The notes under the pieces are model-generated. The model ran no database searches. It was not told the DNA's origin and saw nothing but the letters and a program-made list of their open reading frames with translations. Below, piece by piece: positions 18,102-27,960 of a DNA stretch of 64,000 nucleotides (position 1 is the first letter of the stretch; each line of letters opens with the position of its first letter). The DNA lies in assembly GCA_964416765.1 (NCBI GenBank), contig CAYQEU010000001.1:549357-613356 (forward strand), given 5' to 3'. Origin of the DNA: an uncultured Candidatus Saccharibacteria bacterium (lineage in GTDB: Bacteria > Patescibacteriota > Doudnabacteria > UBA920). The translations under genes and the position numbers were made by a program.

Positions 18102-20159
18102 ATGAGCACCTTAGACCAGCCCATCACTTCCCTGCCGGGAGTCGGTCCGGCGGCCGCTAAAAATTTCAGCCGCCTGGGAATAAACAACGTGCATGACCTG
18201 CTTTGGCATCTGCCTCTGCGTTTTTTGGATTTTCGCCATACCATACCCGTGTCCGAAGTTAAGCAGGGTCAAAGCGTGACCCTGCAGGGCACAATTAAAA
18301 CCATAACTTCGTCTTTTGCTTTCCGGGGCAGGCTTTCGAGGGCCGAGGCAGTGCTTTCCGACAAGACCGGTTCAATTAAAATTATTTGGTTTAACCAGCC
18401 CTATATCGCAAAAACCTTAGCATCCGGTGACGAAGTGGCGGTCGCGGGCAGCGCGACATATTACAAAAACGTTTTACAACTCCATAACCCCATTTACGAG
18501 AAGTTGGGAAGAGATAATGTCCACACCGGCCGCTTGGTCCCCGTTTATGGCGGCAGCACTGTTGTGTCCAACAGGGCAATGCGCAACGCGATGGCGGCAG
18601 CTTTGCCCGCGGCAGACCAGGAAGAGGAGACCCTCCCGGAATCAATCCTAAATAAATTCAAGCTGCCCTCGATTGGGACGGCACTCAAAACATTACATTT
18701 TCCAGAACAGGAAACCGACCTGGACCAAGCCCGTAACCGAATCGCTTTTGAAGAGCTCCTTGTCCACCAGCTGGCCGTGCGCCTGAGGGAAAAGCGCAAG
18801 CAAACTGATCAGGCTCCTATATTACCCATCCAAACCGACCAGATTTCTGAAGCCCTGCACGACCTTCCTTTCACCCTAACTCCCGGCCAAAAACGCGCCT
18901 TGTGGGACATTATGCAGGACATGGCCAGCGGCACGCCTATGGTTCGCCTGCTCCAAGGTGACGTGGGCAGCGGTAAAACCTTGGTAGCGGCCTTTGCCGG
19001 ACTGGAAGCAGCCATTGCGGGATGGCAGACTGCTTTTGTAGCTCCCACGGAAATACTAGCGGTTCAACATTATAAGTACCTGCAAAAGTACCTCCCATAT
19101 GTTTCAGTGGGCCTGCTCACACGAAATTTTGCCGAAGCTAATTCCAACAAGTTCACCAAAAAAGAACTGCTGGGCTTAATTACCTCTAACAAAATCCAGA
19201 TCTTGGTTGGCACTCACGCTGTCCTCCAAAAAGAAGTTGATTTCAATAAATTAGGTTTGGCCGTCATAGATGAGCAGCACCGTTTTGGAGTGGAACAACG
19301 TTCCTTTATGCTAAGCCGCGAAAATTTTGCCAATCTCACACCTCATTTGTTGTCGATGTCGGCGACACCCATCCCGCGCACCCTGGCACTGTCGTTTTAC
19401 GGCAGTTTAAAGATTTCCACCCTCAACACCATACCCCAGGGAATAAAACAGATTTCGACTAAAGTTGTCGCGGACGCTGGCCGCGAAAAAGTATATGAAG
19501 ATATAAGAAAGCATATTACTGAAGGAGCCCAAGCTTTTGTTGTCACTCCACGCGTGGAAGAAACGGAAGCCTCGTCGTTAAAATCAGTAAAGACGGAATT
19601 TGAGCGCCTGCAAAAAGAAGTATTCCCGAAAATACCCTTGGGACTGCTTTATGGCGGTATGAAAGGCAGTGACAAGGAAAAAGCTATGTCAGAATTTGCC
19701 GAAGGAAAAACAAAAATCCTAGTATCAACATCAGTTATCGAAATCGGCATCGACGTACCGCAGGCTAATTACATAGTCATTGAAGGAGCGGAGCGGTTTG
19801 GGTTGGCTCAACTGCATCAACTGCGCGGCCGGGTGGGCCGGGCCGGCCAGAAGAGTTACTGTGTGTTATTTACTAATTCCGAAGATGGAAAAACATTAGA
19901 ACGCCTGAAGTTCTTTGCTAGCTGTTTGGACGGTTTCCAGTTGGCCGAAAAGGATTTGCAGCAGCGAGGATTCGGCAACTTGTTCGGCACTGAACAAAGC
20001 GGTTTTGCTTTTGAATTCTCCCGTTTCTTTACTTCCAAAACCGCGGCCGACGCCCAGGCGGGTGCTTTAGCACTACTTAAAAAAAGCCCTACATTGAAGG
20101 CTTTTCCTCAGTTGCTAAAAAAAGTTCGGCCCCTGCTCGAAAACAGCCACGCAGAGTAA
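18102..20159 (+). CDS. recG: ATP-dependent DNA helicase RecG
   Basis: Wedge-domain N-terminus, helicase motifs (GDVGSGKT, VIDEQHRFGVEQR, QLRGRVGR). Start taken at ATG 18102 (MSTLDQP...) because the track ORF start at 18009 lies inside tRNA-Arg. Confidence 0.85.
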   Translation: MSTLDQPITSLPGVGPAAAKNFSRLGINNVHDLLWHLPLRFLDFRHTIPVSEVKQGQSVTLQGTIKTITSSFAFRGRLSRAEAVLSDKTGSIKIIWFNQPYIAKTLASGDEVAVAGSATYYKNVLQLHNPIYEKLGRDNVHTGRLVPVYGGSTVVSNRAMRNAMAAALPAADQEEETLPESILNKFKLPSIGTALKTLHFPEQETDLDQARNRIAFEELLVHQLAVRLREKRKQTDQAPILPIQTDQISEALHDLPFTLTPGQKRALWDIMQDMASGTPMVRLLQGDVGSGKTLVAAFAGLEAAIAGWQTAFVAPTEILAVQHYKYLQKYLPYVSVGLLTRNFAEANSNKFTKKELLGLITSNKIQILVGTHAVLQKEVDFNKLGLAVIDEQHRFGVEQRSFMLSRENFANLTPHLLSMSATPIPRTLALSFYGSLKISTLNTIPQGIKQISTKVVADAGREKVYEDIRKHITEGAQAFVVTPRVEETEASSLKSVKTEFERLQKEVFPKIPLGLLYGGMKGSDKEKAMSEFAEGKTKILVSTSVIEIGIDVPQANYIVIEGAERFGLAQLHQLRGRVGRAGQKSYCVLFTNSEDGKTLERLKFFASCLDGFQLAEKDLQQRGFGNLFGTEQSGFAFEFSRFFTSKTAADAQAGALALLKKSPTLKAFPQLLKKVRPLLENSHAE

Positions 20160-21509
20160 CTACTCTAGAAAACGAACCAATTCCTGGACGCGGCTGGCAA
20201 AAGTCGCGTTCCCTTTTATCTTTCCTTTATTGCCGCCAATTATCACATTTTTGAAAGCCAACTTTTCGGCTTCCTTTAGCCGTTTGTCGGCCTGTGCCAC
20301 CCCACGCAATTCTCCCAGCAGGCCAATTTCCCCAAACGCAACCAAATCTTCTGGCAAAGCGCGATTTTTAAATGAAGACAATATCGCCAAAGCAACGGGC
20401 AAATCAGCCGCGCGTTCCTGGATCTTAAAACCACCCGCGACGTTAATGTACACGTCATGGGTGTTTAGTTCCAAACGCAAACTTTTTTGTAAAATGGCAA
20501 GCAGGAGCTGGAGCCTGTTGACGTCAAATCCGGACGTTGCCCTCTTGGGGTAGCCAAATGACGACGGGTTGGTTAAGGCCTGGACTTCCAGAAACAACGT
20601 TTTGTTGCCCTCAAGCACCGCTGCAATACAGCTGCCTGGCAATGCTGACCCGCGGTTCTCCAAAAACATCAACGACGGGTTTGCTACTTCCTGCAGGCCT
20701 TCATTGGTCATTTCAAATACGCCCACTTCCCCAACACTGCCAAAACGGTTTTTACTGCTGCGCAGCAAACGCAAACTCAAAAAACGGTCGCCTTCCAAAT
20801 ATAAAACCGTGTCGACCATATGCTCGATGGTTTTCGGTCCGGCCAACATGCCCTCTTTGGTCACGTGACCAATAAGCAAAACGGCGATGTGGTTTTCCTT
20901 GGCGACCCGCATGAGGGCATTGGTGCAGTAACTTAATTGGCTCACTCCCCCAACCACGCCGCCAATTTCGGAAGAATTCAGTGTCTGGATGGAATCAATT
21001 ATGGCGAGGTCAGGGTGGTCGGCCACCATGGTATCTAAAATTGTTTCCAGATTGGTTTCCCCCAAAATCTGGATATCAGCACCGTCGGGCAAACGGCGAC
21101 TGCGCATCTTAATCTGCTGTGGGGATTCCTCACCGGAGATATACAATACTTTGGAATTCTCTCCCGCCATGTTAAGGGCGACTTGTAAGGCCAAGGTCGA
21201 TTTCCCAATTCCCGGGTCGCCGCCCAGCAATAAAAGGCTGCCCGGGACGATTCCGCCGCCCAGCACTGTGTCTAGCTCCGAAACCCCGGAAGATATACGG
21301 TCGAACTTAAGCTCTCCGACCTCACTTAAAGCCAGAATTTGGCCCAAGGCAGCTCCCGAACGGCCGGGCTTGGCCTTGGCACCGGATACGCGTTTTTCCT
21401 CGAAGGTATTCCATTCACCGCATTCCGGGCATTTGCCTTGCCAACGCTGGCTTTGGTACGCGCAATTGGAGCAAATATAGATTGTCTTGTCTTTAGTGGC
21501 CATGGTCAT
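20160..21509 (-). CDS. radA: DNA repair protein RadA/Sms
   Basis: N-terminal C4 zinc finger (CSNCAYQSQRWQGKCPECGEW), RecA-like Walker A (GGDPGIGKSTL), Lon-like C-terminal domain. Convergent with recG with zero spacer. Confidence 0.9.
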   Translation of the reverse strand: MTMATKDKTIYICSNCAYQSQRWQGKCPECGEWNTFEEKRVSGAKAKPGRSGAALGQILALSEVGELKFDRISSGVSELDTVLGGGIVPGSLLLLGGDPGIGKSTLALQVALNMAGENSKVLYISGEESPQQIKMRSRRLPDGADIQILGETNLETILDTMVADHPDLAIIDSIQTLNSSEIGGVVGGVSQLSYCTNALMRVAKENHIAVLLIGHVTKEGMLAGPKTIEHMVDTVLYLEGDRFLSLRLLRSSKNRFGSVGEVGVFEMTNEGLQEVANPSLMFLENRGSALPGSCIAAVLEGNKTLFLEVQALTNPSSFGYPKRATSGFDVNRLQLLLAILQKSLRLELNTHDVYINVAGGFKIQERAADLPVALAILSSFKNRALPEDLVAFGEIGLLGELRGVAQADKRLKEAEKLAFKNVIIGGNKGKIKGNATFASRVQELVRFLE

Positions 21510-21519
21510 TAAATAATAA

Positions 21520-21550
21520 CACTCCCTCTACGCTTTGGTAAGAGGGAGTG
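21520..21550 (-). terminator. Terminator hairpin at the end of the T4SS-like operon
   Basis: 10-bp stem CACTCCCTCT/AGAGGGAGTG with 11-nt loop, followed on the minus strand by TTATTATTTAAT. Confidence 0.45.
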
Positions 21551-21565
21551 TATTAGGAAGTTGAG

Positions 21566-22735
21566 CTAGGATGCCGGGTTGGCGGTTTTCAAGTTCAGGT
21601 AGTAGAGGCTTTGGTCTTGAAAGTTCTTAAAGAATACATTGCTACCGGTCTGGTCAGGGAAGATATTCCGCGCGTCCACGGGAATCCCAAAATCATACTT
21701 TTTCTGCGTACCGGAGGTGCTAATAACATACAAAATATCCTGGGTTAAGCTGCCGGATCCTGCCGTACCGGTATTTGGGACCGCGGCGTAAATGGTCTGG
21801 CCGTCTTTTGAGAACGAAGCTTTTTCCACGGTGGTTTGGACATTGAGGTTCTTTTCATCCCCTGTGGAAAGGTCACCCAGCCACAAACCATACTTCTGGG
21901 TTTGAGGATCCCTCTTACCAAACAGGAACTTGTTATTATCAGGGCTCCACTTTACGCCAAGGTTGTACCCGTCTTTGATAATGGACTTGAATACTTTACC
22001 ATCTGGAGAAACAAAATTAATTGCGTTGATCGCCCCGGAATTATTAAATCGATAGAACAAAACACTTTTACCATCCGGGGAAACCTTAATTTGGTTATCG
22101 CCTTCGTACAGGTCGCTTAACTGCTTATAGCCGCTGGTGTCAGGGTTGCCCGAATTCAGGAAAGCCTTCCCGTCATTGTTGTTTTGCCACACAAACAAAA
22201 TTTGACCCGTTGTCCCAAACCAGTCGAGAGACTGAACTTCGGCGGGGAGGTCAACATACGCACCCTTACTGCCATCGTAGTAACTCCAGGTAGTACGGCT
22301 GCCACTATTAAATGCTGCAATAAAATTCTGTCCCGTGGGTGCCCAATACACTTCGCTGATGTTAGACTTCTGCGGAATGGTTAGCTCCCTCTTGTTGCTT
22401 AGAACTACTTTATCTCCGGAATTTTGAAGATCTGTCGTATATAGCTGTCCTTGAGCGTTGAAGTAAGAAATGCCTTGGCCATTAAAGTAGAGGGCTGGCG
22501 CCACTACGCTGTCATCAGTCAGTTTCTGGGCCTTGTTGCTGGAGGAGGAAGTATCGTCTGTGTTGGTATTGTCATTTTGACCAGTATTATCTGGGATTAC
22601 TATAGTATTGTTCTGGTTCTGATTTGCGTTGCTATTTGTATTGGATTTCCGCGAACGCAGGAAAATCAGCAATCCTAATGCCAGTACAATAAGCAGGAAA
22701 ATCGCTCCCAAAATGGCTATGGCTTTTTTGTTCAT
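21566..22735 (-). CDS. Membrane-anchored PD40/TolB-like beta-propeller protein
   Basis: N-terminal TM, N/T/Q-rich low-complexity linker, then repeated motifs WAPTGQN, VSPDGKSVLFY, FVSPDGK, WSPDNNKFLFG typical of PD40 repeats. Confidence 0.5.
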   Translation of the reverse strand: MNKKAIAILGAIFLLIVLALGLLIFLRSRKSNTNSNANQNQNNTIVIPDNTGQNDNTNTDDTSSSSNKAQKLTDDSVVAPALYFNGQGISYFNAQGQLYTTDLQNSGDKVVLSNKRELTIPQKSNISEVYWAPTGQNFIAAFNSGSRTTWSYYDGSKGAYVDLPAEVQSLDWFGTTGQILFVWQNNNDGKAFLNSGNPDTSGYKQLSDLYEGDNQIKVSPDGKSVLFYRFNNSGAINAINFVSPDGKVFKSIIKDGYNLGVKWSPDNNKFLFGKRDPQTQKYGLWLGDLSTGDEKNLNVQTTVEKASFSKDGQTIYAAVPNTGTAGSGSLTQDILYVISTSGTQKKYDFGIPVDARNIFPDQTGSNVFFKNFQDQSLYYLNLKTANPAS

Positions 22736-22808
22736 CGTTGTGGTATTTTTGTTTCTTGAAGCTAAATAACTGCCTATATTATAACATATTTCAGCCTAGC
22801 CGGCAAAA

Positions 22809-23639
22809 TCAATTACCCTTGGCGGCTTGGTCAATTAAAGTCTTATATTCGCTATAGAGGTTAGACCCTTCGTCCTTCTTCCCGTTTATGAATATGGTAG
22901 GGGTAGCCCTCACACCTGAATCCTGGCCTAATTTAAACTGCTGGGCAACCGCCTGGGCGGTATCGGGGTTCTTTATGCAGGAATTATATTTCGCCATGTT
23001 TAGGCCCGCTTGTGTGGCCAGCTTTTTGAGCTCAGCGTCCGTAAACACCCCGCTGTTTTCCAACCCCTGGGTATGGTATAGCAGATCGTGATAAGGCCAG
23101 AATTTGTTTTGTTGACGGGCGCATTCGGCTGAGATGGCCGCTGAAGTTGATTCATCGCCGAGGAAAGGAAAGTTAAGGAAATAAAACTTTACTATGCCCT
23201 TATCTATATAATCGGACTTAATCTTGGCAAAAGCATTGTCCTGGAAATCCTTGCAGTAAGGGCATTGAAAATCAGCAAACTCAATCATTGTTACAGGAGC
23301 ATCAGCAGACCCGAGCATTGGGTAGTTTGGGGAAAGAGGAATTTCCACCACGGTATTGGGGTCGGAGTTTGAATTGGTATTGCTGTCGGCCGAGTTAAGG
23401 GTGTTTTGCTGGCCACCCGGCAAATTTACGTTAAATAGGCCAAATCCCGGCACTTTTCCAGATGAAAAGATAACGCTCAGACCAATAATTGTTGAACCAA
23501 TAAGGATGGCAAAGATTATTCCGAGATATCCTAGTACTGATTGACCCTTTTCCGGCCTGTATTCCGAATCGTAATCTTCATAGATTTCTTCGGTGTCCTC
23601 CGGGTGAATGTGGGTTGAAAGTCGTTTACGTTTTTCCAT
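22809..23639 (-). CDS. Membrane-anchored DsbA-family thiol:disulfide oxidoreductase
   Basis: N-terminal TM plus thioredoxin-fold active site CPYC (FADFQCPYCKDF). Confidence 0.75.
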   Translation of the reverse strand: MEKRKRLSTHIHPEDTEEIYEDYDSEYRPEKGQSVLGYLGIIFAILIGSTIIGLSVIFSSGKVPGFGLFNVNLPGGQQNTLNSADSNTNSNSDPNTVVEIPLSPNYPMLGSADAPVTMIEFADFQCPYCKDFQDNAFAKIKSDYIDKGIVKFYFLNFPFLGDESTSAAISAECARQQNKFWPYHDLLYHTQGLENSGVFTDAELKKLATQAGLNMAKYNSCIKNPDTAQAVAQQFKLGQDSGVRATPTIFINGKKDEGSNLYSEYKTLIDQAAKGN

Positions 23640-24277
23640 TATTTTTTATTTCTTCTTATAAACATTATAACAAATACCGCCACAATAGCTACCGCCAACA
23701 TGACAAACACCAGGATCAAAATATTGAATAGCCTGATAGCCGGATCACCTGAGGCATTTGTGTTATTAGCATTCTGGTTGGTTGGGCTGTTGCCGTTGCT
23801 TACTGTCCCGCCGCAATCCATGGGACAGTTATTCTTGTTTTCCCCGGCCTGGGTTTGGCACGACTTATCGTCGTTGCAAATAGCCGTTTTGCTTACCGAC
23901 ACCACCAGCATCGGTTGGTTATCAACGTTGCTTTTATAAAAGGCCACGGACTTAGCGTCGCCAAAATACGGGGCTATAATCTCATTGTCCCCTTCCAAAA
24001 GATCAAAGTGAAAATCACCGAGAGTCTGGTTAGAGAGTGAAAACACGCGGCCATAATACAGGCCGGGACCGTCAACAAATTGCTCGGATATGAAATCATA
24101 GGGCAAAACATCCTTCACTATAGGGGTTAGGTTTCCGTTTTCAAAACGTAAATGGAACTTATACTCCATGGGCCCTAAATCATACGATGAGTCGGCGCTG
24201 GATTGGGCACGGGCCTGATTCGCCAAAAACAGAAGCGCAAGTAGGGCAGAAAATAACAATATCGTTGTCTTTTTCAT
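23639..24277 (-). CDS. Secreted Cys-containing protein with C-terminal TM anchor
   Basis: Signal peptide (MKKTTILLFSALLALLFLANQARA), Cys cluster (CNDDKSCQ...CPMDCGG), C-terminal TM followed by RRNKK. Confidence 0.4.
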   Translation of the reverse strand: MKKTTILLFSALLALLFLANQARAQSSADSSYDLGPMEYKFHLRFENGNLTPIVKDVLPYDFISEQFVDGPGLYYGRVFSLSNQTLGDFHFDLLEGDNEIIAPYFGDAKSVAFYKSNVDNQPMLVVSVSKTAICNDDKSCQTQAGENKNNCPMDCGGTVSNGNSPTNQNANNTNASGDPAIRLFNILILVFVMLAVAIVAVFVIMFIRRNKK

Positions 24278-26106
24278 TAGTTACCTCCTCCGCCATTAAA
24301 TTTAATGTAGCAAGCAAAAACGTACTGGGCGTACTTTTGGCCTTCCTCCACGTACTTATTGCACTGTTGGTGCCCGGCATCGGTCCACAGACATTCCCAC
24401 GACTTCACGGGGCTACCATCGCATCCGGTTTCTCCGGAACAGCTGGTATATTTGCCGTCAGCTACACGACAGTAGTCCGGCCCGCGGTTATAACCGGCGG
24501 CGATATTGCGAACCTCAACCCTCGGTTTACCGCAGGATCCGGCGGCAATAGACTGGAAATACTTAAGCGACATGCAAATTTGTTCGGTAGGATGGCTTTT
24601 GCGCCATTCACGGCTGGAATTGTAATCGTTGGAGCACTGCGGCCCGTATGTATTAGCCGCTCCGGTAGTAAATTGCATCAGACCAGCCGCACCTGTGTGT
24701 GATTCGGCATTAGGGTCACCCCCCGATTCTTGAGTCATGATAGCTTTCAAAAACGCTGAAGTATTGGCAACGCCGGGTATAGGTCCGTAGCGTGCCACAG
24801 CGGCGTCTACCTGGCCCGCCCAATTATTGACCGCGGCTATTTTGGACGCGTTAGTGCAATTACCCCCGAGCTTACCCTGACACAAATTTACGTTGCTAAA
24901 CAAACAACTCCCGCCAGGAGGAGTGAACGTACCCACGGTTTCATCACCGGAAACACTCCCCGCGCTTCCTCCAGCGCCACCACCGCCAAAATCCCCACCT
25001 TTTACACCGCCAGGATTGTTAAACGCCGTACAAAATGAGTCACTACTGGTAGTGGCACTGTCTATGACTCCCCCCACGGCACCGCCGAGCGGTCCGCCTA
25101 CCGCGCTTCCTACTGCGGCTGCCGGGTTACAATAGAGGTACAATCCCACAAAAATTGCCAATATCGTGGCTTCTATTACCATGAAATCCATAATAACGAT
25201 CCCAATCTTTTCCCACCACACAAGGCCCTGCATAACAGCCAGTTCTTTTACGAAAGGGATGGAACCCGCCGCCCAATACACATTTACCGCTGCAAGGGGT
25301 ATTACTAACCCTATTGTGGGAATAAGGGTGCCAAATATTAGTGCTCCCAGCAGGAATAAAACGAACACCACTATTTTGGTGACCGCCCTAATGAAATAGT
25401 GCATGGCTTCTTTAGGGTGGCCCTTGGCCAGTTCGATTGTACCGTCTATAGCGTCAGAAATACCCAAGCTTATTGCAATTACAATTAGCTGAGCAAGGAT
25501 TTCAGTAATACCAAAGGTTTCCAAGGCACCTGCTGCACCCAAAGCTTCTACACCTACCTCCAATCCACCCTCAACCACAGCGTCCGCGCCAATTTTCGCA
25601 CCTTGCTTTACAACCTGCTCAGTGCCTTCCTTAACAACATCCTTTGCACCCGTCTTAACCAAATTCTTTGCGCCTTTTTCCACTCCCTCCTTTACGCCTT
25701 CTTTTGCTTCGCCTTTAAAACGCTGGTTCAGGTACCTTTTGATTTCTTCCTTACCCTCTTTCTTGATGTAGTCTTTGGCCTGCTGCTTTAGTTCTTCACG
25801 GTCCATGGTAGGGCTAAACCCTGCTTTGTTAAGCTTACCCAACATACCACCGGTTTTGGAATCGAGCTTCGATAAAAGCTCTTTTCCTTTAGCAGTCACT
25901 TTTTTTCCGGCTTCAGTATTGGCTAAATAATCGGTCCCCTTAGAAAAAGCTTTCTTCTTTGCCTGATTCGCTATTGTGTCCCTAATACCCCCTGATTTCT
26001 TGGATGAACTTGAAGAATCAGAAACACCCTGGCCAGACGCTTGGACGTCTTCACCAGGGTTTATACTGTCAGCGCCCCGCCTGTTTCGAGTGTCATCAAA
26101 CAACAT
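24277..26106 (-). CDS. Polytopic membrane protein with C-terminal lytic transglycosylase (SLT, VirB1/TcpG-like) domain
   Basis: K-rich cytoplasmic N-terminus, 4-5 TM helices, Gly-rich linker, Cys-rich C-terminal domain with the SLT catalytic signature AIMTQESGGDP...GAAGLMQF. Confidence 0.65.
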   Translation of the reverse strand: MLFDDTRNRRGADSINPGEDVQASGQGVSDSSSSSKKSGGIRDTIANQAKKKAFSKGTDYLANTEAGKKVTAKGKELLSKLDSKTGGMLGKLNKAGFSPTMDREELKQQAKDYIKKEGKEEIKRYLNQRFKGEAKEGVKEGVEKGAKNLVKTGAKDVVKEGTEQVVKQGAKIGADAVVEGGLEVGVEALGAAGALETFGITEILAQLIVIAISLGISDAIDGTIELAKGHPKEAMHYFIRAVTKIVVFVLFLLGALIFGTLIPTIGLVIPLAAVNVYWAAGSIPFVKELAVMQGLVWWEKIGIVIMDFMVIEATILAIFVGLYLYCNPAAAVGSAVGGPLGGAVGGVIDSATTSSDSFCTAFNNPGGVKGGDFGGGGAGGSAGSVSGDETVGTFTPPGGSCLFSNVNLCQGKLGGNCTNASKIAAVNNWAGQVDAAVARYGPIPGVANTSAFLKAIMTQESGGDPNAESHTGAAGLMQFTTGAANTYGPQCSNDYNSSREWRKSHPTEQICMSLKYFQSIAAGSCGKPRVEVRNIAAGYNRGPDYCRVADGKYTSCSGETGCDGSPVKSWECLWTDAGHQQCNKYVEEGQKYAQYVFACYIKFNGGGGN

Positions 26107-26118
26107 GAGCGCGAAAGG

Positions 26119-27960
26119 TTAATTTATTTCTTCTTTGCTTTCCTTGATTTCCAGGAGTTGTTTCGGGTCAGTGGTAATAATTTGGTCTTCTACGTAAGAC
26201 CCATAAATTTTGATGGCGGCGTGCTTGAGACCGGCAAAGAAAATCCCTTCGCCCACATCACTTTCAAGCAAAAGATACTTTTCCCCCTCGGTCAGGAAGA
26301 ATGTTTCGGCAATAACATCAATAGCCGCTGGGCTTTGCTTAAGCAACAATTGGATGGAGGAGTTGGTTACAATTGGTTTCCCATAAGGACTGTTCATGAA
26401 ATCGGCAACGTCCTGCGTAATAGTAGTCAGGCCGAGGTAGTACTTGCGGCAGCGCTTGGCAATACCGAACACGAAGCGAGCGGAGTCTTCGTGCTGCATC
26501 ATAATCCAGGCTTCATCCAGCACCAGAATGCGCCTCTTCATTTCACTGCGCACCAAATTCCAGATATGGCCCAAAATGATATACATGGCAATCGGGCGGA
26601 GTTGATCCTCCAAATCACGAATTGAGAATACCAGGAGTTGGTTGCTTAAGGTAACGTTGGTCGGCTGGTTCAGCAATCCGGCAAAGGTACCTTCGGTGAA
26701 TTTAGTAAGGCGTTGGGCCAAGCTTTCGGCGCCAACCATTTCCCCAAGAACCTCGATAAGGTCATTCATTACCGGTGGTTCCACAGTGCGCAGATCGCTG
26801 TTTTCAGTTATATCCTTCTTGGCGTAGGTTTGCCATAAGGCCTTATCCATGAGAGCTTCTTCGGTAGGGTCCATCTTTCCCAAAATCAGACTAAACAAGC
26901 CGAGCAGGTTGATAATTCCACTGCGCAAAATGTCGGCAGTGTCTTCGTCTTCAATTGCAGCCGGGAGGTCGAATGGATTAATACGGAAGTCAGAGTTAAG
27001 AGATATATTAAGGTATGTCCCGCCGACAGCGTCGGACAAATGCTTGTACTCGTTTTCCGGGTCAACAATGATGACTTCAGTGCCCACCATGAGCGACCGA
27101 AGTACTTCGAGCTTAATAGCATACGACTTACCCGCACCGGATTTGGCAAACACGACGAAATTAGCGTTTTCCATTTTGAACCGGTCGAATAAAATTAAAC
27201 TGTTGTTATGCCGGTTAATCCCGTACAAAATGCCGTCATTCCCCGTAAGGTCCGAAGAAACAAACGGGAATGTAGTGGACAGCGGGGAACTGTTAAGGTT
27301 ATTGGCAATATCAAGCTCGTCCAGCCCAAGAGGCAGGGTAGAGTTAAACCCCTCTTCGGTCTGGAACAAAGCGCGTTTGGTAACCACCAGTTTCGCGCCC
27401 AAAGAGCTTTCCAAAATAGTAGAGCTCTTTTCCAGTTCATCTTTGCTGTTGGCGTATATGGTAAAGTAAAGGGCAAACCGGAAATACTTCTCCGTACCCT
27501 GGGATAGATCGTCACGCAATGATTCTACGTCCTGGTAAGCAGTTTGGAGAACCGGATCGCGAACCATCCCCTTTTCTTCATTTATGCTTATTTGCGAGCC
27601 AATTTCCCCCACTTTAGCCTTTAGCTTTTTCAAAATTACAGCCGAATCAATGGGATAAATGAACATGGACACATCCAGCTCACCTTCAGAGTTGATGACA
27701 AAAGACAGCCAGTTAGTTGAAAGCATACGCGGGTATGCCAGCACGAAAAAGGTACGGGCATACTTGTTGTTGAGTTGGAAGTCGTTGCTTTCAAAGTGCA
27801 AAGCCGAAGGAGCGAGCAAATCCTTCATTGTGGTCAGCCCTTCGCGGTAGTTCTTTTCCACCTCAGCAAGACGGGCATTCTCGTCTAAAGTACCCTTAAG
27901 CTTGGCCAGCTCCTGCTTTTTCTTTTCGAGATCAGTTTCGTTTAGTTTAAATAACGCCAT
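26119..27960 (-). CDS. VirB4/TrbE/CagE-family T4SS ATPase (C-terminal ATPase portion)
   Basis: Walker A (VFAKSGAGKSYAI), Walker B (ILVLDEAWIMM) and surrounding blocks typical of VirB4-type ATPases. Confidence 0.75.
   Translation of the reverse strand: MALFKLNETDLEKKKQELAKLKGTLDENARLAEVEKNYREGLTTMKDLLAPSALHFESNDFQLNNKYARTFFVLAYPRMLSTNWLSFVINSEGELDVSMFIYPIDSAVILKKLKAKVGEIGSQISINEEKGMVRDPVLQTAYQDVESLRDDLSQGTEKYFRFALYFTIYANSKDELEKSSTILESSLGAKLVVTKRALFQTEEGFNSTLPLGLDELDIANNLNSSPLSTTFPFVSSDLTGNDGILYGINRHNNSLILFDRFKMENANFVVFAKSGAGKSYAIKLEVLRSLMVGTEVIIVDPENEYKHLSDAVGGTYLNISLNSDFRINPFDLPAAIEDEDTADILRSGIINLLGLFSLILGKMDPTEEALMDKALWQTYAKKDITENSDLRTVEPPVMNDLIEVLGEMVGAESLAQRLTKFTEGTFAGLLNQPTNVTLSNQLLVFSIRDLEDQLRPIAMYIILGHIWNLVRSEMKRRILVLDEAWIMMQHEDSARFVFGIAKRCRKYYLGLTTITQDVADFMNSPYGKPIVTNSSIQLLLKQSPAAIDVIAETFFLTEGEKYLLLESDVGEGIFFAGLKHAAIKIYGSYVEDQIITTDPKQLLEIKESKEEIN

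Noticed and set aside
17987-18244. 85-aa minus-strand ORF and the 18009 start of the recG track ORF
   Set aside because: Both overlap tRNA-Arg(CCG). recG more plausibly starts at ATG 18102 after the tRNA and hairpin.
26041-27515. Plus-strand ORFs (194, 206, 99 aa) inside the VirB4 ATPase gene
   Set aside because: Antisense shadow ORFs.
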